From positions 14,508,001 through 14,572,000 of the forward strand of contig NC_043012.1 of the NCBI RefSeq assembly GCF_006345805.1: a DNA stretch of 64,000 nt. The letters run 5' to 3'. Below are positions 1 through 12,425 of this stretch, in pieces; positions within the stretch are counted from its first letter, which is position 1; every line of letters begins with the position of its first letter. The DNA is from Octopus sinensis (taxonomy: Eukaryota). Below the pieces are notes generated by a model, which was not told the DNA's origin, searched no databases, and was given only the letters and a program-made list of their open reading frames with translations. The position numbers were made by a program, and so were the translations under genes.

Positions 1-844
1 TGAGTTTCTTATATCAAATATAGTTTGTTTACTGAATACGACACTAACACAAAATCTTGTCTGATATTTGGTGAATAAAGAAGCCCACATATTTGTACGT
101 GATAGAATGACAGAATGTGATAGCATCAACACAAGTTCTCTCTCTCTCTTTCTCTCAATACGCGTGTTTCAGTTAAAGATGATGCTGAGACGTGTCCAAA
201 AATTCAAATTTGGCAATACTAAACTGTACTTCCTGCGTTGTATGCAGAATAACATTTCATCTAATATCTCTTTTATTATGTCCTACGGCGTACAGGCAGA
301 AATAGATTCTCGTTTCTAGTTTACATGTAGCCAATAAGTTTTAAAATGTTCGAAAGAATGGCAAAAGGAAAGTAGTAAAGAAGATTCTATCCGAAGAAAT
401 ATTAGCAATACGCAAAGTTAATTCTCTCATAAATCATGACTAGGACCTAGTAAGACTGATTTCCAAGTTATTTAATAAATATTTGACACTTCTCCCTTCT
501 AATGTGGTTAATCTATATGAACTATAGCTAAGCTACCTTATTTCATTCAAAGTGTAATGAAAAGAAACTAGTAGGCAATATGGATCCTGCTAGGCAAATT
601 TTTGCTTCAAATTTTGGCACAAGTTCGGGGTACTTCATCCGAAAGGATGAAAAGCAAAGACAACCTCGGTGGAATTTGAACTCAGAGCGTATAAGTATTT
701 TGCCCGGTCTGCTAACAACTCTGCCAGCTCATCGCATTACTGCTAAACTAGAAAGAGCAGCCAAACTCAAACCGCTAATAGTTGTAATTCTGAAATTGAA
801 AGAGAGAATTTTTTCGAGAATTTTTTGCTACCCTTATATTTATT

Positions 845-913
845 AATATATATATATATATATTTGTATATATATGTAAATATGTGTGTATATATATATA
901 TATATATATGTAG

Positions 914-944
<31 letters not shown>

Positions 945-960
945 ATATATATATATATAG

Positions 961-993
<33 letters not shown>

Positions 994-1066
994 GTATATA
1001 TATACATATATATGTATATGTATATATATATGTATATATATGTATATATATATGTATATATATATG

Positions 1067-1101
<35 letters not shown>

Positions 1102-1160
1102 GTATATATATATATGTATATATATATATGTATATATAGGTGTATGTATATATATAAGTA
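845..1160. repeat. (TA)n-rich microsatellite, representative of many others (e.g. 3270-3510, 27900-28170, 39000-39175, 42380-42582, 51320-51790, 52940-53400)
   Basis: Visible dinucleotide runs; source of the YI-repeat pseudo-ORFs. Confidence 0.98.
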
Positions 1161-1384
1161 TATAAGTAAATAAGAAATGGAAATCAAAACAATAAATTGA
1201 ATAATTATAATTCAATTTAAATTAAATATTCTATACAAAAAATGACACATCTCATAAATTACAGCTGTTCCCGCTTCATTAATAAAACGAAGTTTTTCAA
1301 GAATAATCAAATCCGTTTAAATATGTAATGATGCTTCATTAGATAAAATATCTGCTTAAATATATGTGTATGCATATATATGTG

Positions 1385-2235
1385 TGTATGTGTGTGTGTG
1401 CGTTGCTTGTATTGTTTTCCATTTCTTTCTTTCGTTGTTCGCAAAAATAGTTCGTATTCCATGTTTTCGTATTTCATATTGTTTACGTCCTGCGACGTCC
1501 TGTGCCCATATATATATATTATTCATATTATTTATATTATTTATATTATTATATGATTGAACGACACGCATCCATTTCCAAGTAAGCTTTATCTTAATAA
1601 TTTTGATGCGACCCTTATTGTTCTTTTTCTATCTCTTTCTATTTTTCTTTCTTTTTCGCTCTCCCCTTCTGTTTTCTTTCTCTAATTCTTTTCCTCTCCG
1701 CTTCGCTGTTCTCTGTCTGTCCTTCTCTCTCCCTCACTCTTCATCCTTTGCTCTCTCGTTGCTGGCACGTGACCATTGGCCATCTTTCTTTTTCTAACTT
1801 GAGTTTCTTTCCTTCGTTCCGATCAGCTGCAAGGATAAGACGCATTCTTATATTTTTCCGTTCAGAGCTTGTTCTTCCAGCGTTCGCCAGCTCACCTTGT
1901 TTAGGCTTAGCAGGCCCTTCCTGCTTGTTTTTACTGTCCTGTTTTTGTTACCAGCTTTGACCCTCCGCAAAAATTCCAAATTTTATTTATTTTGCTTTTC
2001 GGGAGCAACTGTTTTGTTGAAGACGTATCTTGTTGTGAATTGCTCGAAATACGGAATAGAAAAACAGCCGACAACTGCTGAAGGGTCATTCTTTATGTTT
2101 CTTCTCTTATTTTCCATTTGTTTCTTTTGTTGTTCGCAAAAAAAGTTCATATTTCATGTTTTCGTATTTCGTATTTCATGCTGTTTACTTTCTTTGACGT
2201 CCTGTGCCCATATATACATATGTATATACCAAATA
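1385..2235 (-). repeat. Unclassified interspersed repeat with its end block duplicated (1400-1530 and 2110-2235)
   Basis: Homologous to 9548-9830 (+) and 37258-37560 (+) through the GGG(C/T)ACAGGAC, CCCTTCA(T/G)CAG(T/C)TGTC and AAATTAAATAAAATT blocks. Confidence 0.7.
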
Positions 2236-2662
2236 TATACGTTTTATTTATTATTTTGCACATTACTTAATCATTGTTATATGTTTTATCTTATATTTAA
2301 TATTTCTATATGTATTTTTTCTAAATGATATGATTTAATTTTTCATTATTGAATTGATAAAAGGTGGGTTTTTTGCTATTTTATTTATATATATATTATA
2401 TTTTGTGAAATTTGATTTAGTATTTCTAAATTGAATTTTCCCCTGTAAGTTTGGAATAATATTCCCTCGTATTAATACTATATATATACATATATATGTA
2501 AGTATGTACATATATGTATGTAATGTGTATAGATAGTTATATAGATAGATAGACAGTCAGACAGAGAGAGAGAGAGAGATAAAGGTTGTTTTGTGTGAGA
2601 GAGGCACAACCACACACCCACACACACACACACACGCTAGTGATATAATTATGTTTACTTAC

Positions 2663-2766
2663 TCATCGTAAGTGCCACCAGTATCCTTGTCCTCTTCCTG
2701 ACGATCCTTATTGTCAGTCACATTGTCACCAGCGTCCGGATCCTCGTTGTCCAAAGTGTCGTAAAA
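2663..2766 (-). CDS. Isolated candidate internal exon of an unidentified gene; acidic peptide FYDTLDNEDPDAGDNVTDNKDRQEEDKDTGGTYD(E/D)
   Basis: On the - strand: acceptor TTCAGTTTCAG| and donor |GTAAGTAAA. 104 nt, only one of three frames open, GC-balanced within AT-rich DNA. No partner exon identified. Confidence 0.55.
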
Positions 2767-3137
2767 CTGAAACTGAATGTGCGGGAAGATAATTAGGGAA
2801 GTTGGTAATATAACAGAATGGTTATTGTGCCTGGTTGTTAATTAGCTCCTAGCTAAAACTAATTGGAATATCATACATTTTCCCTGACTGCCAATCACTT
2901 TCCTAATGTTTCTTATAGTGTAGCTTTCTATTCGGGGAAACTAATTGACTTCAACAAAATATTAGATCCGAGGTTATGATGTTCAAATATACACGTGAGA
3001 ATTTCTATGTTTGATAACATCCGCACAGGCTGAAGCGGTATGACATGTGTGTATGTATGTATGTATGTATGTATGTATGTATGTATGTATGTGTATGCAT
3101 ATATGATAGATAGACAAATAGATTTATTGATAGATAA

Positions 3138-3208
<71 letters not shown>

Positions 3209-3346
3209 TTCGTTCAGTGTTGACAGAACAGTCGGAAAAATGGCGCTAAATACACTGCAGAGATCAATTATATATATATATAATATACATACATGTATGT
3301 ATATACATATATATATATATGTAATATATACATATATGTAATATAT

Positions 3347-3407
<61 letters not shown>

Positions 3408-3510
3408 TATATATATATATTCATATATACATACATATATATATCATATATATATACATACATATATGCATATGTGTGTGTGTATGTATATATATATATA
3501 TATATATATT

Positions 3511-4426
3511 TGGTCGAGACAGCCTCTTGCAACTCTGAGTTTCGCCTGTGAGTGCACAAGATATTAGGCCAAGTCACGACCGAAGAAATGATAGAATTTG
3601 CATATCTACGTGTATAAGATTCCTGTCGTGCAGAATAACAGAAGCGATGAGATGAAGAGGAAAAGGGATGAAACATGAAGAATGAGAAAGCAAGACAAAG
3701 GGAGAGTAAAGAAGAGAAAGAAGAAAAGAAAACAGAAAATAAGTAAAATATATGAAGAAAAGGAAGGAGGGAAGCAAACGAAAGGAAGAGTGTATTTCGC
3801 TAGGAGGAGTGAGGAATTTTGAGCGAATAGTCAAAGAATTCAATGGAAGAATTCAATGGTAAAAAATGCAGTTGAGTAGATGAATGAACTTTGGAACCAG
3901 CGGCTTATAAGAGAAGTCGAAGAAGAATGAAAAAATAGAAATAATAAATAAAAAGACAGTGAAAAAATAAATAAAAGGACATAAAATTTATCATGTAATT
4001 TTATTTACTTTTTTTTTATTTTCCCGTTTATTTTTTTTTCTTATTTTAAATGTCATTGGTTCCAAAGATCATTCATCTAATGCAATTTTTTTCTACTAAA
4101 TTCTTCCATTGATTTCTTTGGCCATTCTAAAAGTCGCCCAGTTAATTCATCCCCATCAAAACACGCCCTTCGTTTCCCCTTCTTTCTCTTACTCCCTTTA
4201 TTTTCTTAGTTTTCATCTTTTCTCTTCAGTTTTCTTGTCTATTTTTCTCTCGTTTTCTCTTTACTTTCTTTTTCCCTTTATGACATTTCCCCTCTATCGT
4301 TAGATTCTACGTCAGGAATCTTATATATGGTGGATGTGCTAATTCCATCGTTTATTCAGTCGTAACTTGCGAAAGACCCTGTTCGCCCAAAGCGAAAGTC
4401 AGAGTAGGAAAATACAAACTCGATCA
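3511..4426. repeat. Diverged approx. 915-bp foldback (inverted duplication)
   Basis: 3511-3640 vs 4305-4426 and 3830-3900 vs 4055-4125 align as reverse complements. Centre ATAAAATT...AATTTTAT near 3992. Confidence 0.7.
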
Positions 4427-4469
4427 AAAATATTAGAGAGAGGGGGGGAGAGAAAGCAAGAAAGCAAGA

Positions 4470-4485
4470 AAATAGGGAAAGAAAG

Positions 4486-4569
<84 letters not shown>

Positions 4570-4930
4570 AGGAGAGAGAGAAAGGAAGAAAGAAGGAGAG
4601 AGAGAAAGAAAGAAAGAAGGAGAGAGAGAAGGAAAGAAAGAAAGAAGGAAGAGAGAGAGAAAGGAAGAAAGAAGGAGAGAGAAAGAAAGAAGAGAGAGAG
4701 AGAGAGAAAGAAAGAAAGAATGAGACGAAAGAAAGATGGAAGGAAACAGGAAGAGAGAAAGATAGAAGGAAGGAAATAGAAAGAGAGAAAGATAGAAGGA
4801 AGGAAAGAGAATGATAGAAGGAAAGAGAGAGAAGAAAAGAAGGAAAGAGACAGAGGAAGGATAGAAGGAAAGAGGTAAAGAGAAAGAGAGGGGAGAGTGA
4901 AAGAGGGAAAAAGAAAGAAGGATAAAAAGC
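4470..4930. repeat. Purine-only (GA)n/(GAAA)n low-complexity tract
   Basis: Visible in sequence. Confidence 0.95.
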
Positions 4931-5181
4931 TTAAGATGGAAGTAATAATAATCTAAAAGGAAATAAAAAATCTAACTTGCCATTGTGATGACTTTACAAT
5001 GTACTGTAACGGTTACATTAAACCGAATAATAAGTCTTATAAAGGTAGTATTTTGCGATATAATCCGGTATTCAGATTACAAGTATCAGCTAAAATTGCT
5101 AGGGTATTGTTCTCTACATTAGACATTTTCCTAAATCTAGTAGATACAATAATTTTTTTAGTAGAGATATAGTCTTTTCTA

Positions 5182-5429
5182 CAGTTCTATATTTAAGAGA
5201 TGAGGAATTGTGTACATTATTTACAATTGACGGATATTTGTCCTCCTCTTGTTTGTTGCTAACACAACGCTTCAGCTGATATACATTCCAGCCTTCATCA
5301 GGTGTCTTGAGGTTCGAAATTTCCCCAAGACACCTGATGAAGGCTGGAGAGTATATCAGCCGAAACGTTGTGTTAACAACAAACAAGATGAGGATAAATA
5401 TCCATCAATTGTAAATGATGTAAATAAAG
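5182..5429. mobile_element. Inverted pair of hammerhead-bearing tails with 12-bp target-site duplication
   Basis: 5182-5309 (-) and 5311-5429 (+) are reverse complements. TAGTCTTTTCTA occurs at both 5170-5181 and 5430-5441. Confidence 0.8.
5329..5374 (+). ncRNA. Minimal type-I hammerhead ribozyme motif (Penelope pLTR type)
   Basis: Stem I GACAC/GUGUU, core CUGAUGA plus an extra A, stem II GGCUG/CAGCC, GAAA, palindromic stem III ACGU, cleavage triplet GUU. Confidence 0.8.
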
Positions 5430-5439
5430 TAGTCTTTTC

Positions 5440-5900
5440 TAGTTTAGGCACAAGGCCTGAAATTTTGGGGGAAGGGGCCAGTCGATTAGATCTACCCCAG
5501 TACGCAACTGGTACTTAATTTATCGACCTCGAAATGATGAAAAGCAAGGTCGACCTCGGTGTAATTTGAACTCAGAACGTAAATACAGACGAAGTACCGC
5601 TAAGCATTTTGCTCGGTGTGCTAACGTTTCTAATTTCTTTACTGCCCACAAGGGGCTAAACCTAGAGGGGACAAACAAAGACAGACAAAGGGATTAGTGG
5701 ATTACATCGACCCCCAGTGCGTAACTGGTACTTGATTTATCAACCCAGAAAGGATGAAAGGCAAGGTCGACTCAGAACGTAAATACAGACGAAATACCTA
5801 TTTCTTTACTACCCACAAGGGGCTAAACATATAAAGGACAAACAAAGACAGACAAACGGATTAAGTCGATTATATCGACTCCGGTGCGTAACTGGTACTT
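5440..5900 (-). mobile_element. SINE group A, tandem partial copies
   Basis: Repeated GGTACTTAATTTATCGACCCCGAAAGGATGAAAGGCAAAGTCGACC block. Further degenerate copies near 625-730, 7680-7880, 16040-16130, 42265-42350, 43720-43880, 62325-62510. Confidence 0.85.
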
Positions 5901-5902
5901 AT

Positions 5903-6203
5903 TTAAGTGTTCATATCGCAACATGGAAAGAAGACAAAGAGACAAGATGAAACTAGTAAAAAATTACTGGATAATTCCAGATCCCGGATTTCTGACTTTG
6001 CATTTAGGAATGCTTTGCCTCATCAGTGGAATACACACAGAAAATATATGTATTTATGTTTCTTTCTGTGTGTATTCCACTGATGAGGCAAAGCATTCCT
6101 AAATGCAAAGCCAGAAATCCGGGATCTGGAATTATCCAGTAATATTTTACTAGTTTCATCTTGTCTTTTTGTCTTCTCTCCATGTTGCTATATGAACACT
6201 TAA
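5903..6203. repeat. 301-bp near-perfect palindrome
   Basis: 141-bp arms (5903-6043, 6063-6203), 19-nt loop, TTAA at both outer ends. Confidence 0.95.
6074..6132 (+). ncRNA. Type-I hammerhead-like motif (mirror copy at 5974-6032 on - strand)
   Basis: Stem I AUUCCA/UGGAAU, CUGAUGA, stem II GGC/GCC with inner helix GCAUU/AAUGC, extra A before GAAA, stem III AUCC-G-GGAU, triplet AUC. Confidence 0.6.
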
Positions 6204-6383
6204 GGTGGTTTTAGAGTCAAATCATGGCTGCTATTTTCAGTATGGTGGTATCTCGTAGATACCCTAATTTATAATTTTAATAATTATTACCTCTGAAGGG
6301 TATTTTTTCCATGCTGACCACTTGATAGGATCGCTATTTTATTTTAAATTAATGATCTTATCCTTATTTATATAACTTTATAT

Positions 6384-6425
<42 letters not shown>

Positions 6426-7129
6426 TTATATTTATTTATCAAATTTCTGTATACACTGATTTCGAACCTTTCCTTTTTCTGTGATTGAGCTGGTAAAAAT
6501 AGCAGTCAAATACAATTATTTAATCAACCTACGTCCTGAAAATTTTTTAGCTTATACTAATGTTAGAATTCATTATACTCAAAAGTAAATTTCTACTTGA
6601 TTTGATTCCGTACTGTCAGAAGCTTTTATTAATATAGAATTCAATAAAAATTTTATTAAAAAAGATGGGATATTTTGTTACAATTTTCGCATTTGAAGAC
6701 GTTCTGTCTACGAGATAGTACTTCATTAGTTTTTATGTTTTCGATGTTAGGAGTGATGCATGACCAGAATGAGAGTAAGTGTTGCGAAGACTCTCAAGAA
6801 AGTCTTCTCGGTACACTCTGCATGTTAGTAGAACATCATTGAGATAAGTGATGGGAGGCAGGAGGCCTAATTGAATGCCAGTATTGCAGATATTTGTACT
6901 GTAGTACGCCATCTCCAACATTTGATTCTCAGAAGAGATGAACTATGTTAAAGCGCCAACTTTCACTGTCCAGGAATCGAAACTAGAATCTTACACCCTA
7001 AACATTAAGCTATGAACCACGGGCACACACACACACACACACATACACTCAAATATATAGTCTTAGTACCTATCTTTACTCATGATCACGAATGTTAGGT
7101 AATGATCGAAAGTGTACGAACATGAATAC

Positions 7130-7378
7130 AATCGCCCAAAATGGGATTCCTCCGAAGGATCTTCTCATTTCATACCGTTTACATGGCGTATATATTCCCC
7201 AACTAGACGGGACGCCGGTCAGTCTCAGCATCACTCATATTTGCCAGCTGAGTGGACTGGGGCAACGTGAAATGAAGTGTTTTGCTCAAGAACACAAGCG
7301 TCACCCGGTCCAGAAATCGAAACCACAATCTGACGATCATGAGTCCAACACCCTAACCACTAAGCTACATACCTCCAC
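7130..7378 (-). mobile_element. tRNA-derived SINE group C
   Basis: Head TAGCTTAGTGGTTAGG...GGTTTCGATTTC. Body shares blocks with 17000, 26305 and 40872. Confidence 0.7.
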
Positions 7379-7384
7379 CAAAGG

Positions 7385-7545
7385 ATCTCTGGTGTAACGA
7401 TACTCGAGAAGCTGCATAGTTTGGAGATTAGAAAGTCTCTGCAGGTTGAGCCGCTACTTCGTATTGGGTGGTCACAACTCCGGTACGATGGACCCATGAT
7501 CAGAATGTCACGGGAAAGAATCAACCAGCATGGATAGACCAAGAA
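7385..7545 (+). mobile_element. RTE-clade LINE, C-terminal ORF fragment
   Basis: ISGVTILEKLHSLEIRKSLQVEPLLRIGWSQLRYDGPMIRM resembles the RTE IRxxLxVEPLL...SQLRWxGHxxRM motif. Confidence 0.65.
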
Positions 7546-8984
7546 AGAGATGGTTGCACAATATTTATAGGAGGAGGAGGGAGTGCTTGACTGGTACTTA
7601 ATTTATCGAACCCAAAACTTAGGTCATTACACATTTCATCAATGTCGATTCGCCAAACGTTAATGTCTATGGTGATATATATTTCTTTACTACCCAGAGG
7701 GGATAAACAAGGACAGACAAACAGATTAAGTTGATTACATCGGCCCCAGTGTGTAACTGGTACTTAATTTATCGACCCCGAAAGAATGAAAGGCAAAGTC
7801 GACCTCAGTGAAATTTGAACTCAGAACGTAACGACAGACAAAATTCTGTTAAGCATTTTGCTCGGCATGCTTAAGATTCTGTCGCCGCCTTAAAGGAGGA
7901 AGCGTACGAACTGGCCTGCAAGAATGCAGTTATAGTCCAGTATGTTGTCAGTTCCAGTCACGTCAAGTCCGACTTTGCTTTCCATCTACCCAGAGTTGGT
8001 TTAAAGAATCTCATTGGTATACCTTGTGTAACATTCCCCCAAAACTTCGGTGGTATGGGCCACTGTTAGGAAGTTCTTGCTCTTTATATTTGAATTCAAA
8101 TCTCTCTTTCTCGCTTTCTTTCTTTCTCTCTTTCTCTTCAACTTCTCTCTTTCTTTCTCCCTCTCCTTTTCTCTTTTTCTCTCTCTTCCGTTTTACTAAC
8201 CTATACCGATTCTAACTGAGCATTAATTTCTAGTTGTAGCAAGTTGTTGCACTCGTTCATTCTCACAAAAAAAAATGCTATGGACAGTATCTCTATTTCT
8301 AGGAAGAAAAATTGTCGTTGTGGAATATTAGAACCCCGGCCGCTCATTCTTAAGCATTTATCGTTGTTTACCTTCCAGGAGTTTGTCACTCACATACGTC
8401 AATGAGCTAAAGTCATCGTAACTCTGACTACCCTATGCTTTTCTATATCAGGAAAAACATATCCAGTTTATTTTTCTTTCTTCGAGACAACAGGGAGTTA
8501 TTTGAAAAGAATTTGCAACAGAATCGTAAACATATTTTAGAAGTTGTCATACCTCCAGAGTGCAAAATAGAATTATATTGAATTCAAGTGCTGGCATCAC
8601 TTAACCATTCAAACTTTTCTTTGCATCTCAGACAGAGAGTCTGCACATACAATTGCGTTTGTAACCCCTGACAGACATCTGCTTTTGAAAACAAACAATT
8701 TTTACGACAAACATTATACATTTTTTATAGATAGCGAAGAAAGAGCGTAAAGCAAAATTCCTTTTGTATTTACAGAAAACAGGCTGTGACAAGAGTAAAC
8801 ATCGGAAACTTCTAAATTAGGTTTCTGATCAGTTTATGTATAAATCAACTTGAAAAAAAGAAAATGAAACAACCTATCATTAAAATCTAAATTAAAAATT
8901 CAACGTACTTTGTAAAGGTTAATAATTACAATGTTAGATTGAAAATGAAATTTTAATTTAAAAGATCTACTTTTTTGCTGTTTT

Positions 8985-9470
8985 TCTCTTTTACTTGTTT
9001 CAGTCATTTGACTGCGGACATGCTGGAGCACCACATTTAGTCGTCGAGCAAATTGGCCCCAAGACTTATTCTTTGTAAACCTAGTAGTTGTTCTATCGGT
9101 CTCTTTTGCCGAACCGCTAAGTTACGGGGACGTAAACACACCAGCATCGGTTGTCAAGCGATGTTGGTGGGGGACAAACGCAGACACACAAACATATACA
9201 CACAGACATACATACATACATACATATATATATATATAAATTTACTTGGAGAAAGGAAAGAAATGAAACGAAACGACGCGAGGGCGCTCAGTCATACAAT
9301 AATTTAATAAATAAAATATATGCATTAGCGGTTCGGCAAAAGAGACCGATAGAATAAGTACTGGGCTTACAAAGAATAAGTTCCGGGGTCGATTTGCTCG
9401 ACTAAAGGCGGTGCTCCAGCATGGCCGCAGTCAAATGACTGAAACAAGTAAAAGAGTAAAGAGTAAAAGA
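8985..9470. mobile_element. SINE group B, two 3' fragments in opposite orientation (8985-9200 -, 9325-9470 +)
   Basis: Match the GGTGCTCCAGCATGGCCGCAGTCAAATGACTGAAAC tail. A 5' fragment lies at 9905-10065 (-). Confidence 0.85.
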
Positions 9471-10157
9471 GTAATACATAATATATGTACGTACCTACAT
9501 CTACATGTATAATATATACATGCATATATAAATATATATATATATATGTGAGTACAGGACACCACAAATAGACGTAGAACTCAACGAGAAACGAAAACAT
9601 AAAAACAAGGGAACGGCCTTTTTTTAACAACGAAAAAACAGAACACAAGACAAACAACACAAGGAACATTTCTCTTCATCAGCTGTCCCCGGTTCGACTC
9701 CATGCGTGTTTCGAAGGTAAGGACAGAACACGCCCCCGGACCGGTCCTTCCTGCAAGAAAATTAAATAAAATTCCTTTACAGAGGGGTAAAACAAGGAAT
9801 GAAAAAAAATGTGACAAGAACAGGACGTAAAAGCAATACAAATAAAAATACGAATACAAAATAAAAATACAAATATAAAAAATATATATATATACATATG
9901 CATATATACGACGGGCTTCTTTCAGTTTCCGCCTACCAAATCCACTGACAAGGCTTTGGTCGGCCCGATGCTATAGTAGAAGACACTTGCCCAAGGTGCC
10001 ACGCAGTGGGACTGAACTCGGAACCATGTGGTTGGGAAGCAAGCTACTTACCACACAGCCACTCTTATAATTTGTAGCAAGTTGACGATTACCGGGTAAG
10101 AAATGTACAAAGAGATAATCCCGAGAGGAGACAGTTTGTGAGAACGAATTAAACTTC

Positions 10158-10345
10158 CGGCGGTGTATATTTCATTTGTCACTGTTATTTATGACAACCC
10201 TAACCCTAAAACCCTAACCCTGAAACTCTAACCCTAACCCTAACTCTAAAACCCTAACCCTAAAACCCTAATCCTAAAGCTAAAACCAGTACAAACGGAC
10301 AAACGTTGTCATAAATAACAGTGACAAACGAAAAATGCACCACCG
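10158..10345. mobile_element. MITE-like element with approx. 41-bp TIRs enclosing degenerate (CCCTAA)n
   Basis: TIR CGG(C/T)GGTG...TTTGTCACTGTTATTTATGACAAC. Interior is CCCTAA/CCCTAAAA repeats. Confidence 0.8.
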
Positions 10346-10850
10346 ATAGTTGTTGACAAACAACAGCAGTAATTTTATTCAGCTGAATACACGTCATTGA
10401 TTGGTTGAAATTACCGAAATACTATAACTTTAACGTGAAATAACTTCGTAAATATGTTTTTCTCAAGAATGCTCAGAGCAAAAGATGTTTTATACGACAC
10501 ATTCTACCAGTGACCGCAGCTTGAAAGTGTATAGTCATAAAAAATTGTTTTTTTAAATCTGCAGGTCAAAAGGTAAAGATCCGACCTCTATTTTTTACAC
10601 AAATTCTTATGTTCCCCGGTACAAAATTTATGAGTGTATTTTAGTGTGTGTTATGGGCATGCATGCGTGTGTTTATGTTATTAAATAAACGCAGCATGAA
10701 CTTTCTTATAATGATATCAATTTATAAAATGAAATTATTTTTATCCGTGCCTTATCGATCTTTCAGCCATTGGACGGTTTTCAATTTCAATACAGTTAAC
10801 TGAATTTAATGTGGGATTTTCTTATTATATAACTTATTTTATATATAACT

Positions 10851-10936
<86 letters not shown>

Positions 10937-12302
10937 TATTTTTTCCTACTTTAAAATGATTTCTCTGGGTGATTCTTAGATGGTAAAGTGTTTTATGTGT
11001 GTCGCCACTGCAATATAATCATCGAAGTCAAAAGTAACTGTAGGGTTTTTGTTTGTTTGTTTGTTTGTTTTATTGGTTTTCATTTTTTATCTTTTTGTTT
11101 GTTTGCTTGCTTTTTGTTTTTGTTGTTTTATTTTTGATAGGCGATATAATTCACTGCAGATCAAGTTTTCATGTAGAATATCGGGAGAAAATCAAACTAA
11201 CTAGAGCTTATGATATCTCACAAGATGTGCTATTGTTGTTGTTGCTGTGGTGGGGAGGGGGTTATTGTCGTGGTTGTTTTTGTAGTTGTCATGGTTTTTT
11301 GTTGTTGTTCTCGTATTTGTTGTTGTTGTTCGTATCATTTCCAATCAGTTCTGACTGAACATCCCTGTTTTTGCTTTTGTTTTTTATACTTTTTTCTTTT
11401 CTTTTTTGTTTTTTTGCTTTGTCTTGTTTTTCTTTTAATACATCATAGGCTACATTGTCTGGTAGATCCCAATTTATTTAATACAGTATGGTGTAGCAGC
11501 ATAGTTTTGGTTGTTATTTCTAGAAGGCCGACCAGCTACTAGAAGCTTCCAAAGGACACAGCTGTACAAGCTAATGAAATGCTTGTGAAACGCATTAAAA
11601 ATACACATAGGAATTTAACACCAGGGCACATAAGGAGTTTGAGTGAAAAATAAAGATAATTTAACATTAGGCTAAACTCCCTAGAATAATAAGCTGTACA
11701 AGCTTGTGAAATCCTTTATAATACATATTTTTCTTATAATAGTGAACCTCACTATTATCCAGTCAGCCTGCAGCTTCATTTTAAAGCTGGATGCAATGGA
11801 GTGTTGATAATTAAGTTATGTCGTAAGATCCGACAGTAGACTATCAATAGTTAATCATTAGCTGATAATCTGGCTTTTAAAGGCAGGATACGTTACATAA
11901 TACTGTCAACTACACAAATGTCCAAGCAAAGGGTTGGACAGTCACAGCTAGACTGCATTTGATTGTACATTGGTTGGATTATGGATTAATCAACACGATA
12001 TACATTGCTATACACATAAAGCGTAGATTCTAAGCTTGAAAGCCAAGCAATTCCTAACTTTATTATATTCTAAACTTATTTTTTTTCTCAATGAAGTATT
12101 AAATTTAAGCTGTTTGTTATACGATATAAAAAAAATGTCAATTTCATAATCTAAAACATCCTTTACACGTTCTGCCATATTATTGGATCAGATAATCGCT
12201 CTTCTGCGAGTATATCCTATTACAGTCGCCATGATAGATCGTTAGCCACTACACACATTTTTTTCTCTCCTTGTTTCTCTCCTTGTTTTTTTTTCTGTGT
12301 CC

Positions 12303-12338
12303 ATCTCTGTAGAAGAGCGTAGGCTCGAAACGTAAAAG
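12303..12338 (+). ncRNA. Hammerhead-like motif with variant core CUGUAGA (degenerate stem I)
   Basis: CUGUAGA-A-GAGC(GUAG)GCUC-GAAA-CG-UA. Homologous to 26039-26074. Confidence 0.4.
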
Positions 12339-12425
12339 ACTTTTTCTATTCCTGAGCGTTATACTAAAACATCTGTTTGTTTTGTACACCACCAGTCTTC
12401 GTCTTTCGTTTTTTTCGTAAACTCT

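Noticed and set aside
775-1215. Long YI/MYVC/HT/ER-repeat ORFs throughout the ORF track
   Set aside because: They are translations of (TA)n, (TATG)n, (CA)n and (GA)n microsatellites.
8360-8830. Strong-looking acceptors (TTACCTTCCAG|, GTATTTACAG|)
   Set aside because: The downstream frames close within about 15 codons with no clear donor or motif. A UTR exon cannot be excluded.
10198-10300. True telomere or chromosome-fusion scar
   Set aside because: Short, degenerate, single orientation, and enclosed by TIRs.
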